NCBI GenBank assembly: GCA_044342325.1
Contig: JBIIPZ010000009.1
Location: 19,924-83,923 of the forward strand
Length of the DNA: 64,000 nt
From: Terrimicrobiaceae bacterium
Lineage (GTDB): Bacteria; Verrucomicrobiota; Verrucomicrobiia; Chthoniobacterales; Terrimicrobiaceae
Direction: 5' to 3'
Shown: piece by piece, positions 10,919 through 22,400 of the stretch
How the letters are laid out: every line of letters begins with the position of its first letter
Position numbering within the stretch: the stretch's first letter is position 1
The notes under the pieces: model-generated
The model's database searches: none
Told to the model about the DNA's origin: nothing
What the model saw: only the letters and a program-made list of their open reading frames with translations
Translations under genes and position numbers: made by a program

Positions 10919-10919
10919 A

Positions 10920-12629
10920 TCATTTTTGTGGCGGGCGGGGGAGGAGAGAAAGACGGGCGTTGGCCCAGATGAAGCGGCCATCGAGGGGGCCGCGTCCGAG
11001 GCCTTCGACTCGCAGCAGAAGATTTTTAACGCCGGTGATATCGAGCTCCAGATTCAGGGTTTCGTTTTTTTGGTCGAGGATGCCCGACTCGAAAAGAATA
11101 CGGCTGTCGCCTTCAATAACACATCGGCACTGGCCCGGAAGGCCGGTGAACACGCCCACCTCGCAGGAAAAGTGGCGGTAGACGCCGCCGAGGTCGAATT
11201 CCAACTCGGCCGGGGCGTGGACGAAGAGTCCCTTCGCACAGGAACGGTCTCCGATCGACAATGCTCCACCATCCCATGACTCGTCGCGGAGGATGCGGCA
11301 AAACGCCGACCAACTTCTTGTCCACGGAACATCGCTCAGGAAAACCTCCCTGGCTTTTCCCCGGACGAAACTCGAAGTGCGCGCCTCCTTGGCGAATCCA
11401 CGGACGAGGTTCCATGCTTTGACGGAAAAGGTGCAATCCACTCCGGGGAGACCGAGTGGCATCTCGATTTTCGTGGCGGTGGTGAAATCCACCTCCGTGC
11501 CATTTCTGGAAATGGAATATCCATCGGCCCCCGAGTCGGGATTCCACGAGAGGCGCACCGAGTCGGGCTGCATTTGCGCGCCGCGGGAATCCCAGGGTTG
11601 CGCCGTAAGCCTCTCCACGGCGGACGGCGCGGGCTTGGGCTCGAAGATTTCGAAATCCCACTCGGGCAGAAATCGCAGCTGAGGGTTCTCTCCTGCCTCC
11701 ATGCGGAATGGAAGCCAGACGGGAGCGCTGGATTCCAAATCGCGCTGGTTCCAGCGGTCGCCGATGTAGACGAACGCATCCGGGCCGAAATTTTCCATCG
11801 GCAGCACCCAGGCGGGTTGCGACGCATAGCCGATCTCAGTTTGTGGGCCAATGCAGGGGTCGCCGAGGAGTTCCCAAGGGCCGAGAGGCGTAGGCGCGCG
11901 CACCGTGAGCAGGAAGTTCGGTTCCCAACCGGTGCAGCCGGAGGTGAACATGTAGACATGCTCGCGCCAGCGGAAGAGGGCGGGCGCTTCGCGGACCAGG
12001 CCTTCGAGAGCCCTTGCCCATGTGACATCGCGAACCGCTGGCCGGCGGATGTCGGTGAACTCGTCGTTCAGCTCGCAGATATGGAGAGTCGCGAGGCCTT
12101 CCGAGCAGTAGATGAAGTAGGCCTTGCCATCGCGATCGACAAAGAGGTTGGTATCCAAAACCGCGCTCGCCTCGCCGGCACGGCGGGCATCTTCAGGGTG
12201 CATATCCTCCTCCACCGGCAAGGGGCGGAATACCTTTTCCAACTGGAATGGTCCCTCGGGCGAGTCGGCCACCGCCACACCGGCCATCGAGAAATCGTAG
12301 GCGCGTCGATCGAGGTGGAGCCACATCACGAATTTCTTCGTGAGCGGATTGAAGATCACCTTTGCCCGCTCGCCGATGCGGTCGGTGTGAAGCGGGCTTT
12401 CGGGATTCGCCGTGTCGGGAGCCAAGGCTGTTCCGAGGCGTTTCCACGAAACCAGGTCGGTCGATCGATAGACCGAGATGCCGGTGAACTAGGGATCCGC
12501 CGGCGAGTGGCGGCCTCCCATGTCCTGTCCATACCAATACCAGTGGTCGCCATGTCGCAGGATCGAGGCGGCATGGGCTTGGATGGGATTTCCATCGACA
12601 TCGAGGAACGGGCGGCCCGGTCGAAACAT
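10920..12629 (-). pseudogene. GH43 (subfamily 24-like, exo-beta-1,3-galactanase type) + FN3-like + NPCBM domain, with in-frame TAG at 12491-12489
   Basis: ATG at 12629, 6 nt after the upstream stop, gives MFRPGRPFLDVDGNPIQAHAASILRHGDHWYWYGQ...DP*FTGISVYRSTDLVSWK, in frame with ERAKVIFN, D..LFVD, REAP, ASQP. C-terminal VFLSD...KGLFVHAPAELEFDLGG is NPCBM-like. Confidence 0.8.
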
Positions 12630-12635
12630 GATCGC

Positions 12636-15600
12636 TTACTTTGGAGAGTCCGCCGTGGCCACGCGGAGTTTAGCTAGACAATAGCGGTGATCCGCGCTGT
12701 TCATCGCTAACTCTGCCTTCAGGTAAAAGGATTTCAATCCTTTCACCTGCGGCGTGAGGTCGAGGAACTGGTAGGGCAGCGCATTCAGGTTTTGCGGAAT
12801 GCTGTTCTGCCAGGTCTTGTCGAATTGGCCGACACGCGTCCATTTCTTGCCATCCGGGCTCGTGTAGAAGGTCACCCGACTCGAAGCGTCGAAGGCGCGC
12901 GCGGCGAACTCCACCGCCGTTGTGCCGAGCGGCTTGTCGTTGGTGATGTGATAAACCACGTTCCCGGGCTCGAATGCCTTTACTGGGCGCATCATTGGGA
13001 TTTCGATTTTGTAGAGGTAGTTCGGCTCCGGGCGGTGGGGCTTCACATCGACGCCAGTCACGCTGTGCGTGGCGTTCTTCCACTCGGGGTCCTTGGTGTA
13101 ATCGACATCGAGAAGCACCTTGCGGGGCTGCTTCACTGTGATGATGCGTGGCAGACCCTTTTTCTCGGCATAGGGCGAGTAGAAGATTTCGAACTCATCG
13201 CCGGGCTTGAAGGCGCTGGCGAGGCTCTGGAGTTCGTTGGAAATGATGCCTCCCTGCAGGGCCACGGTTTCGAAGTTTCCAGCAGCGCTGCCTTTTTCGA
13301 AGACCAGTTCGTATTTCTTGCCGTTCACCAACTCGATCGCGCCGTTCGAGGCTCCACCGATCACGACAGGTGGGTGGAACTTTTTGAGCCGTCCCTTGTC
13401 GTAGCCATAGCGGGAATGAATCGCTGTGACTTCGCCCTGGTCGTTGATATCGAGCGTGACTTCATCGTGCGGCTTCGGGGATTTCGCCGCAGCGAGCTCG
13501 GTATTTTCCATGCCATCGGCTTCGCGAGTTTGGGGAGCACCCTTCACGACAGGCAGGGTCATGCTGCTGCCGTAATCCATGAGTTCGAGGTCTTGGAGAT
13601 CGACCGTGACGGTGTTCCCGCGTTGCGAGAGGAAACGGGCCACCAGTTTCGTGGGCAGTTTGGATTTGGCAGGCTGGGGATTGATGTGATCGAGGGATAC
13701 TCTGACATGTCCGTCCTTCACGGTCACACGGTTTTCGGCATCCTGACCCTCCGCCAAACTGTAGGCTCCAGGCGCTGGAGATTCGAGACGCCAAGATTTT
13801 TTCGGATCGAGGGTGTCGAAGACTAGATCGACCTTGGCGGAATCGCTGTTGGAGCGCAGAGAAAATGCCGCGCCGTCGGGAGAGATTCTATCAAGAGTTA
13901 CAAAAACCGATTCGTCCTCGCTGGGGAGACGCACCTCGACAGGATACCTGCCGAGTTTTCCATGTCCGCGAACCAAGTAGCGGGCAGGTAGAACCTCCGA
14001 AATGGCGGGGCCGAGGAGTCGGCGTGCGCTGGCGTAGCGACCTTCGTCGTAGCGTGCCTTCGCTTCTTTCCAAGTCGAATCCTCGCCACCGGCTTCGCGG
14101 TAGTAGCGGAGGAGTCGCTCGCAGACGCTGCGTTCCTGCAGCCAAAGCTGAAGGGTGCGGGCGTCTTTGCGAGTGAGGTTGGTTTTGCCAAGATAGCCGC
14201 TCTGCTTCGGCCAGCGGGTTTTCACATTCTGGGAAATCAGGAACGCGGCGTCCTCTGCTCCCTCGGCATGGAAGACGAATTTCAGATAGGCCTCGTTTTT
14301 GCCGATCATGGCGTCGCCGAGTTCCATGGAATACTGACTGGTCATTTGGGGCGTCCAGTGGTCGGGATCGGGGAGTTCCTTCTCGGTCAGCGAAGTGACC
14401 AACTTCATATTTTTAGGCGAATCACCGAGGAAGACCTCGATTTTGTTGGTGTCACCGGGCGAGACGCGGCCATCGAGATCCAGCGTGAGACCGCTCGGGA
14501 AAGGATTCCCCGCGCTGGTGAGGCGGTAAAGGGCTTCGCTGTGGAAAGGGGTTTTGCCTTTGGGTTTCGGTGTTTCGATTTTCTCCATCGTCACGACCGG
14601 CTGGGCATGGGACGGAGGAGACGCGGGATCGTTCTCGATGCCATCCACGCTACGCACAAACTTCTCGTCGCCATCATCGGCATTGAAAAGGCAGAGGAAA
14701 TGGGATCCTCGCTCATAGTAGAGGCGCAGCACCTCAAAGTTCTCTTTGAGCATGGTGCGCTCGAGATTGATGGCCGCGAATTTGCCGTTGGCGGGCAGGT
14801 AATCATACATCGCAACATCGCGGAACTTGGTATTGGCCCCGATGTCCTGGTGTCCACTCGTGGCACCGATCTCGCCGCTGCTCCAAAGACCATCCACCAT
14901 GCCGTGCTGACCGCCGCCGTAGCGTTCGTTGCCAGCGGGATCGTCGGTCATGAAGTTCGGATGAGCGTAGAAATTATCGAAGCTCTGTTCGTCGGGAAGC
15001 ACCAGCTTGCCGCGATCGACCACGGCGATGTCGCGTCCCATGGCTTTGCGGAGGCTGCCTGCATATTCCTGCCAGGTGCGAAGCGTGTCGGCATGCATCC
15101 ACATGCGCTCCTCGAAACTCATGCCATCGGTGGGATCGAGTTTCACGCCGTCCTTCGCGGCGGCTTGGACAATTTCGTCGGTGATCTCACCGCTTGCGGG
15201 AGCGAATTCGCGGATGAGGATCGGCTGAGAGGGCGTTCCCGCCAGGCGAAGCCGCGCCAGTTCCTCCGGAGCGCCAGCCATCATTTGTTGGAAGCGCTTT
15301 TCGAGAAACGCATTCATGTTCGGGTCGCGCAGTGTGTAGGCGGGGGTGTTCCCCCAAATGTTCGGGAATGAGGCCTGCCACGCGCCTTTCTCGCGATTGA
15401 ACTGGGTTTTCTGATAGCGGATGTCGCTGAAGTAGCCGCCGAGGCCATCAGGACCTGTGGGGCCCGAAAACCACCCAAGGCCATTGAGCATCATCTCGCC
15501 CGGCATGCCGGTGAAGCCCGAGAGGCGAAATCCTTGGAGAAGCGATTTGTTGCCCTCCTTCGGATCGCGTCCACCGTAAGATCCGCCGAAGGCAAGAGTG

Positions 15601-16256
15601 CCGACGGGCGAGTAATCCTTCAGGCCGGAGAACCGTTTTTTTTGCTCCTCGAACAAGGCTGCCCACTCCTCATCGGTTTTTGGTTTTGCCGGCTTGCCAT
15701 CGATTTTGATGGCGCCAGGTGGCAGCAGGAGGCCCATGGGCTTGAAGACCTGCTCGGCTTTTGCCGTGCTTTCGAAAAAGTCTTCCCACACCCAGAGCTT
15801 GGCGACGCTGAAAGCCCCCCCACCTTCATGGCGAAGCGTGACCTTGAGCGACGACCCGCTTTTCAGCAGATCCTCTGGCACCTCGACAAAGAAGTGATTC
15901 GGGCCTGCGCCGAGTTCCTGGTAAGTGCGGAAGTAAACCTCCCGGCCATTGATCAAAACCGTGTATCCGTAAGCAGCCGGACGGCGATTGTGAATTTCTT
16001 GAAACTCCAGAATCAGCGATTTCGCTCCAGCATCGAACGGAACCTCGAACGAGAGTTCATCTCCCTTGTGCGGAACGGTGCGCACCGAGTGGGAGGCTTT
16101 GAGGGTTCCCATTTCGGTGTCGAGATTCTCGACGACGATCGCTCCTTTGGCTTGAACCTGCAGTGATGGATCGCCGATAGGGACGGCTTGCACAGCGGCA
16201 AAGGCGGAGGGCGTGAGGGCGCAAGCAAGCGCCGCAAGAAGGCGGAGTGGTTTCAT
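12636..16256 (-). CDS. Large secreted uncharacterised protein, paralogue A3 (subtype I)
   Basis: ATG 16256 gives signal peptide MKPLRLLAALACAL; EIHNRR, VYFRTYQELGAGPNHFFVE, GPDGLGGYFSD, IREFAP, WSSGE, NLER, HRPEPNYL. Confidence 0.85.
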   Translation of the reverse strand: MKPLRLLAALACALTPSAFAAVQAVPIGDPSLQVQAKGAIVVENLDTEMGTLKASHSVRTVPHKGDELSFEVPFDAGAKSLILEFQEIHNRRPAAYGYTVLINGREVYFRTYQELGAGPNHFFVEVPEDLLKSGSSLKVTLRHEGGGAFSVAKLWVWEDFFESTAKAEQVFKPMGLLLPPGAIKIDGKPAKPKTDEEWAALFEEQKKRFSGLKDYSPVGTLAFGGSYGGRDPKEGNKSLLQGFRLSGFTGMPGEMMLNGLGWFSGPTGPDGLGGYFSDIRYQKTQFNREKGAWQASFPNIWGNTPAYTLRDPNMNAFLEKRFQQMMAGAPEELARLRLAGTPSQPILIREFAPASGEITDEIVQAAAKDGVKLDPTDGMSFEERMWMHADTLRTWQEYAGSLRKAMGRDIAVVDRGKLVLPDEQSFDNFYAHPNFMTDDPAGNERYGGGQHGMVDGLWSSGEIGATSGHQDIGANTKFRDVAMYDYLPANGKFAAINLERTMLKENFEVLRLYYERGSHFLCLFNADDGDEKFVRSVDGIENDPASPPSHAQPVVTMEKIETPKPKGKTPFHSEALYRLTSAGNPFPSGLTLDLDGRVSPGDTNKIEVFLGDSPKNMKLVTSLTEKELPDPDHWTPQMTSQYSMELGDAMIGKNEAYLKFVFHAEGAEDAAFLISQNVKTRWPKQSGYLGKTNLTRKDARTLQLWLQERSVCERLLRYYREAGGEDSTWKEAKARYDEGRYASARRLLGPAISEVLPARYLVRGHGKLGRYPVEVRLPSEDESVFVTLDRISPDGAAFSLRSNSDSAKVDLVFDTLDPKKSWRLESPAPGAYSLAEGQDAENRVTVKDGHVRVSLDHINPQPAKSKLPTKLVARFLSQRGNTVTVDLQDLELMDYGSSMTLPVVKGAPQTREADGMENTELAAAKSPKPHDEVTLDINDQGEVTAIHSRYGYDKGRLKKFHPPVVIGGASNGAIELVNGKKYELVFEKGSAAGNFETVALQGGIISNELQSLASAFKPGDEFEIFYSPYAEKKGLPRIITVKQPRKVLLDVDYTKDPEWKNATHSVTGVDVKPHRPEPNYLYKIEIPMMRPVKAFEPGNVVYHITNDKPLGTTAVEFAARAFDASSRVTFYTSPDGKKWTRVGQFDKTWQNSIPQNLNALPYQFLDLTPQVKGLKSFYLKAELAMNSADHRYCLAKLRVATADSPK

Positions 16257-16263
16257 CGAAAGA

Positions 16264-17766
16264 TCAGCGGGATTTATTTTGGCGGGAGATCTCCGCGAAT
16301 CGCGCCGCCATCTGGCGGGCAACCTCCGGATATTTGTTGGCGACATTCCGCTCTTGTCGCGGGTCGTCCTTCAGGTTGTAGAGCTGTTCAGCTTGGGCCG
16401 TTTCCAGCAACTTGCCTTGGGCGTCGTGATCGGAGTTCGAGTAGCCGAATTTTTCGAAATAGAAGGTGCCGAACAGTCCGCCGGAGCCGTTGTAGGGCAT
16501 ATAAACCCAGTCGCCGCTCCGCAGCGCGCGGCCACGGCCTGAGTAAACCATCTCGGTGCGGATCGCAGGAGTGTCCACCGGATGCTCAAGCAAGGGCAGT
16601 ATGTTCAATCCATCCGGCGCGGCGTTTTTCGGCAAAAGAATTCCCGAGGCGGCGGCGAATGTCGGGAAGAGATCCGTTAACGAGAGCAACTTGTCGCAGG
16701 TGGTGTCAGCGGGAATTTTTCCAAGCCAGCGGGCGATGAAGGGAACACGGTGCCCGCCTTCCCATGTGTCGGTTTTCAGGCCGAGCCACTCGCCGCTGCT
16801 GTTGTGTCCGAGCGCCATGGTTTCGACAATGTGGCAGCCACCATTGTCGCTGGTGAACACGACCAGTGTATTTTCATCGAAGCCGTGTTTTTTCAGCGAC
16901 TCCATGACCATTCCGACGGCGTGGTCGAGTTGCTGGACATAATCCCCGAGGGCCTCGGCCTGGCTGCTGCCTTGAAATTCCTTCGCGGGAAGGATCGGCA
17001 CATGCGGGGCGTAGAACGGCAGGTAGATAAAGAAAGGTTTGTCCTGACTCTGCTTCGCAATGAAGTCCGACGCGCGCTCGGCGAGAGTGAGGTCGAGCCG
17101 GTCCATGTCGCAGGCTTCGTGGGCCGCCTTGGCTCCCGCACTTCCTCCAGAATTCATCGTGTGCTTCCAGTGGGCGGGCTGCTCCTTGTTCAGACGAAGC
17201 GGATCATTGGGATCGCCTTTGTAGATGCGTGTGTTTTCGATGAACACGAATGGAGGCTGCGAGTGGGAGTGAGGAACTCCGAAGTAGGAGTCGAAGCCGG
17301 TGTTCAGCGGGCCGGGAGTGATTTCGCCATTCCAAAAGGCGTCATCATTCGGTTGCCCAGAGCCCCAGCCGAGGTGCCATTTTCCAAAGGCGGCTGTCTT
17401 GTAGCCGTTGTCCTTGAGGGTCTGCGGCAAGAGGATTTCATTTTCGGCGAAGTAAAGGGCTGGTTCGGTGCGTTTTGCACGCCAATGGTAGCGCCCGGCA
17501 AGAATGCCGTAGCGCGTGGGTTGGCAGACGGCGGCCGGAGCGTGGGCGTCGGTGAACTTCACGCCCTCGGCGGCGAGTTTGTCGATGTTCGGCGTCTTGA
17601 GCAGCTTCGCTCCGTAGCATCCAACATCCCCGTAGCCGAGGTCGTCTGCGAGCATGAGGACGATATTGGGTTTTTTGACAGGCTGCTTGGGGCCTGCCGG
17701 TGCTGCTTTGGCGGCAATTGGAAGCGCGAGTGCAGTCGCGAGAAGGAGGTGGATTTTTTTTAACAT
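16264..17766 (-). CDS. Cys-type sulfatase, secreted (close paralogue of 2693..4180)
   Basis: PNIVLMLADDLG, HAPAAVCQPTRYG, LGLKTDTWEGGHRVPFIARWLGKIPAD, nearly identical to the 2693 gene. Confidence 0.93.
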   Translation of the reverse strand: MLKKIHLLLATALALPIAAKAAPAGPKQPVKKPNIVLMLADDLGYGDVGCYGAKLLKTPNIDKLAAEGVKFTDAHAPAAVCQPTRYGILAGRYHWRAKRTEPALYFAENEILLPQTLKDNGYKTAAFGKWHLGWGSGQPNDDAFWNGEITPGPLNTGFDSYFGVPHSHSQPPFVFIENTRIYKGDPNDPLRLNKEQPAHWKHTMNSGGSAGAKAAHEACDMDRLDLTLAERASDFIAKQSQDKPFFIYLPFYAPHVPILPAKEFQGSSQAEALGDYVQQLDHAVGMVMESLKKHGFDENTLVVFTSDNGGCHIVETMALGHNSSGEWLGLKTDTWEGGHRVPFIARWLGKIPADTTCDKLLSLTDLFPTFAAASGILLPKNAAPDGLNILPLLEHPVDTPAIRTEMVYSGRGRALRSGDWVYMPYNGSGGLFGTFYFEKFGYSNSDHDAQGKLLETAQAEQLYNLKDDPRQERNVANKYPEVARQMAARFAEISRQNKSR

Positions 17767-17775
17767 ACAACGGAA

Positions 17776-19410
17776 TTAGGGTTGAGGCGAAGCGGGTTCA
17801 GAGCCTTTGTTTTGTTCAAGAGACAATGTGTCCGTGCGGAACGGCACTGCCGGAAAATCGGCCAAATTGTAAAGATCCGAGTCCTGAAACTGGATGTAGC
17901 CGAAACGCACATTTGTCGGTTGGGGAACCTGCGGACTCGAAACCAACACACTATCTTTGCTGTCGATCGCTGCATCGGCCCAGACGAATTTGTCGTCCGC
18001 TCCAGCGATAGCGAAACCGAGCACCTTGTCGCCCTTGGTTTTGAGGCCACCGTGGGTGTTTGTGAAAGTCACGCGGATTTTGCCATCCTCGACCTTGTGC
18101 GAGTTGTAGGAGGGGCTATCGGCAATTATGTCTTTTTTGCCGTAGGTGTCACGCAGAGCAACCTTAGCAAGGCGCTCACCGATGGGTCGCTTGTTTTTGG
18201 GATGAATATCCGCCTTCTCGCCGATGTCCCAAGAGACAATCATCTCCGAGTTCGGCGTTTCATTGGCCGTTTTCTCTTGAGCTTCACGAATGATCGACCA
18301 GCCACCAGGCTTGTTTGGGTCGCGTGGCGTGCGTCCATTGCCATCGTTCCAACTGAACATCGACAACTGAACGGTGTGAAACGGCAGGTCGGGTTGCTCG
18401 AACTGTTTCCGCCATGAGGCGATGATGTTTTTCATGAGCCTGTCGTAGGACTCGGTGGTGTAGGCATTGACGCCACGCTTACCGGCGTTGTTTTCGCCCT
18501 GATACCAGATTACACCCTTGATCGCGAGATCGCGCAGCGGGGCGATGCGGGCATTATAAAGAGCACCGACCCACCAACGCACGGCCAGCTCGTCACGCAA
18601 ATTGTGGGGTTGGCGTTCGGTAAAAGGTTTCCCTTCGGCTTCCGCATCCGCCTTGCGTTTCTTCCAGGCATCGACCTCCGCTTTGAATTTTTCCTGCTCG
18701 GCCGGAACATTGGCGATACGCTTCTTCGAGTTCTCTACGACATCCTTGAAATAGGGATCGGCCTCGAGATCTTTCATGGAGATCCAGCACTCGGCATGCG
18801 AAGCACCAACGGGGGAAATGATCACGCCAATCGGGCGGCAGGTTTCCTTTTGGAGGTTGGAGCCAAACCAATATGGAACGCCTGATACGCCAGGGTGGGC
18901 AGGAATCCACTCGAACCAATTGGTGATTTTTTTATCCCATCCAAACTGCTTGGTGTTCGGCTCCGGAGCCCACTCGTTGTAAGCCACGGGAAACACACGA
19001 AAAAGAGTGTTTGAAGGCTCGGATGCCAATTTGTCGCCTCCCTCCGATTTGTCGGCACTGGGTTGGGCCATATTTGATTGGCCGGAGGCCAACCATACAT
19101 CGCCAAGGAGCACATCCTTAAATTCTCTTCCACCCGAGGATGCAGAAACCTTCATCGTCTGCCCTTTCGGATTCGCAGGCAAAGCATCAAACACCACACG
19201 CCATTCACCATCGGAATCCGCCGTGGTTTTTTTCTCCTGGCCAGCAAAAGCGACGCCCACTTCCTCGCCGGGTTTGCCCTGACCCCAGATTGGAAGTGGT
19301 CGGTCGGCTTGGAGGATCATGTTGTTTCCGAAAATCCAGCACATCTCGACCGCATGGAGCGGCAGAGCGGCAAGGGTTGTTGCGAGCGCGAATAGGAGTG
19401 GTTTTTTCAT
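17776..19410 (-). CDS. Sialate O-acetylesterase-like SGNH carbohydrate esterase (SASA/DUF303)
   Basis: ATG 19410 (TAATG overlap), signal peptide; DVWLASGQSNM, GVIWYQGE, DIHPKNK. Confidence 0.9.
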   Translation of the reverse strand: MKKPLLFALATTLAALPLHAVEMCWIFGNNMILQADRPLPIWGQGKPGEEVGVAFAGQEKKTTADSDGEWRVVFDALPANPKGQTMKVSASSGGREFKDVLLGDVWLASGQSNMAQPSADKSEGGDKLASEPSNTLFRVFPVAYNEWAPEPNTKQFGWDKKITNWFEWIPAHPGVSGVPYWFGSNLQKETCRPIGVIISPVGASHAECWISMKDLEADPYFKDVVENSKKRIANVPAEQEKFKAEVDAWKKRKADAEAEGKPFTERQPHNLRDELAVRWWVGALYNARIAPLRDLAIKGVIWYQGENNAGKRGVNAYTTESYDRLMKNIIASWRKQFEQPDLPFHTVQLSMFSWNDGNGRTPRDPNKPGGWSIIREAQEKTANETPNSEMIVSWDIGEKADIHPKNKRPIGERLAKVALRDTYGKKDIIADSPSYNSHKVEDGKIRVTFTNTHGGLKTKGDKVLGFAIAGADDKFVWADAAIDSKDSVLVSSPQVPQPTNVRFGYIQFQDSDLYNLADFPAVPFRTDTLSLEQNKGSEPASPQP

Positions 19411-22400
19411 TAGTTTTTTAGTGGTTGTGAGTGGTCGCCCTCGGTGCGGACTTCGATCAAACCGATCGAGCACCAAGTGCTGTTGGTGGTGAGCATTTCA
19501 ACTTTGAGTTCGAAGGATTTTTTTCCACGCACCCATGGGGTCACATCGACCATTTTGAGCGCGCCGAAATTGTTCGAACCGGAGGATGCCGTGACATACT
19601 CGCCGCATGTTTGCCACTCCCCGCCGTCGGTGCGAACGAAGAGGGTGATGCGATTCTCGGGATTGAGAATCAGACGGCCTGTAAAACCCACCGAGGTTTG
19701 CCCCAATGGACGCGGAGCCTCGATGCGATAGACGACATGGCCGGGAGTCCAGGCCTTTTTCGGCCAGAGCTTCCTGCCCTTCAAATCGGCGACATGTATG
19801 TTCTCCACCTCCACGGCTCGCTGCACCCACGAATCATCGGATGTGCCGTAATCCTCCTTGAAAATCGTCTCGACGGGCTGGCTGATTTTCAGGATGCGGG
19901 GTGGACGGTTGTGGCTAGTGTAGGGGGCGTAGGAAACCTCCACCCATTGGCCGGGAGCGAACGCCTGCTTGATCGTCTCGAGGCTGCTGGACTTGAGAGC
20001 CGAGAGGCCAACGACTTCGGTATCAGTCATACCCCGGTTGTAGCCGAGTTCATAGCGGTTGCCGTTGTCGAGTTCGATGATGCCGTTGCTCCGCTCGGGA
20101 TAGACTGAGGGAGGCGTGAAGGATTTGATCGTCCCTGCATCCTTTCCAAATTCGGCATCGATTCGCTCGACCTCCCCGGCGTCGTTGAGTGTCAGGCTCA
20201 GGCGGTCGCCATCATACCTACCACGGTAGCGGTTGTTGTTCACAGGCTCGCCGACCTTGCGTCGGGTGATGAGGGCGTCCTTGACGAGCGGGATGCGCCG
20301 CGCCATTTCCCCGTCGGTGAGTTCAACATCCTGAATCGCAAATCCTCCGCCGGTTCCCTGGGCGACGAATGTTTTCGGCAACGGCGGGAGTTGCGGTTGG
20401 CCGATGGTGAGATCGAAGGACGCCCGGCCTGCGGTTGCGGCAACGGCCTCAGGATCGTCCTTGGCGGCGGGACGCAGATGGAACAATGGTCCGGAGATAC
20501 GGAAAAGCTTCCAAGTGGAATTCTCGGGAAGCCCGCTAAAAGCCACCGAGCTTGGCGTGTCGGTCTCGGCACGCAGTTCGAGATCGATCCCCTCGGGAGA
20601 GATTTTCAAAAGATCAACAACCACCACTGACTCGGGACCCTTCACGGAAACCTCCACTGGTTTGTTGGCGAGTTTGCCGGTGCCTTTCATCGCGAAGCGC
20701 GCGGGAAGGACCTGGGCGTATTCGCGGAATAAAAACTCCAGCGCCTGAGTGTAGAATCCCGAGGTCTTCATCTCGGAGGCTTTGGCGAGCACCTCCCCCG
20801 AACCACCTGCTTGCTCGAACATCTGCACCATGCGATCCAAACGCGCGCGCTGCTGCACCCACAGACTGCGACGGCGGCTGTCGCCGAGGTTTGGAACCCA
20901 TCCGTCCGTTTGGCCCGCTTTGATGCTCCATGGGATGTAGGCCGAAATCTGGCTGATCGTCACCTCGGCGGGCATTCCTTCCGAGGCGATTTTGACTGCC
21001 ACGAACACCGACTTGTTTCCTTTGGCAATGGTGGAAAGATCGACTGTAGCGAAGCTTTTGTTCCCCCATCCGCCACCGGCTATAAAATCGGCTGCAAGGA
21101 GGGTTTTGACTTCCGTCAATTGAGTCGCAGAGGAGCCTGCGAGCACTTTGATGTAAGACCCCTTGAGAGGCACGCGACTGGTTGCCCCCGAAACTTTCAA
21201 CTCAAGGCCGTTGGCAAATGCCGTCTCGGGATCGCTGATTTCACAGATTATTTCCCCCTCCTCCTTGCTTTTGAGAGCGTGAATATTTCCCCCTTTGATC
21301 GCATCGGACAGGCCATGGAGCTTGATCACGCCTGGAGATTTCAAAGGGGATTTGTCGCGTGCAAAATTCACATCAAGCACGCGGCGGGGATAATCGATGG
21401 GAGGGTTCGGCTTGTCGGCGATGCCATCCTCTTTTTTGAGCAAGTCCTCATCGCCGGGCTTCGCGTTGAAGAGACATACGAATTGAAGTCCGTTCCCGTA
21501 GGCGAACGGCATGTAGCGGAGGTCCTGAATCATTACCCTCTCGATGTTCACACAGGCGATGCGTCCGTTGGCCACGACATAGTCATACCAGGCCTGTGGA
21601 TAAGCCTCGGTGAGTTCCCCACTGTTCCACATGCCCTCGTTAAGATTCGCCTGCCAGAAGGCGAATTTGGGATCGTTCAGCGGTCCACCGATTCCCCAGA
21701 ATCCGTGGGTGTAGATGTTGTCGAACACAGGATCTGTTGGAAATTCGACCTTGCCGTTGTCGATCTTGATCGTGCCGCGGCCGAGCCCGGCGCGGTAGGC
21801 TGGCACCTGCTGAGCGAAATACGCGCCGTAGTTTTTGAGCGCCCACTCGGCCTCCTCGCGCGAAATGCCATCCTCGGGATCAAGTGTGATGCCATCCCTC
21901 TTGGCGAGTTCGCGAGTTTGTTGGTTGGCCTCCAGCCCATAGCCCGGGCCCATCTCGGCATAGATCACGCCAGTGGGCAGCTTCGCCCCGCCGAGTTCCA
22001 TTGTGGCGCGGCGGTCCACCAGATAGCGGGTGAGGCGTTCGATGCGGAGGTTGTTGATTTTATTTAGATGCGGGTCGTTTCTTGTGGGCCAGAGCGAGCT
22101 TCCCCATTGGTTCGGGAAGGAGGGATTGTAGGTCTTGGTTTCGGCGTTGTAGCTGACGCCTTCGTATTGAAGATCGGAAAAATACCCGCCGCGTCCATCC
22201 ATGCCTGTGGCAGCGCCACCCCACCAGGAGCTGAACATCAAATGATAGGGCAACCCCGTCGCCGCCGAGATTTCCAGCGTGTCGTCGATCGACTTCTGAC
22301 CCTCTGGGCGGGAACGCAGGGTGTAGGCGACGCTGCCCATCAAGCCCAGCTCATAGGATTGCAAACCGCCGTATTTTTGCTCCAGAGCCTCGACGACCTT

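Noticed and set aside
9215..10919. IS element or prophage at the low-GC junction
   Set aside because: No transposase or integrase, terminal inverted repeats or target-site duplication recognised.
12489..12491. Genome-wide TAG or TGA reassignment
   Set aside because: TGA is the commonest terminator here, TAG ends the genes at 33685 and 41516 plausibly, and only one internal TAG and one internal TGA occur in about 35 genes.
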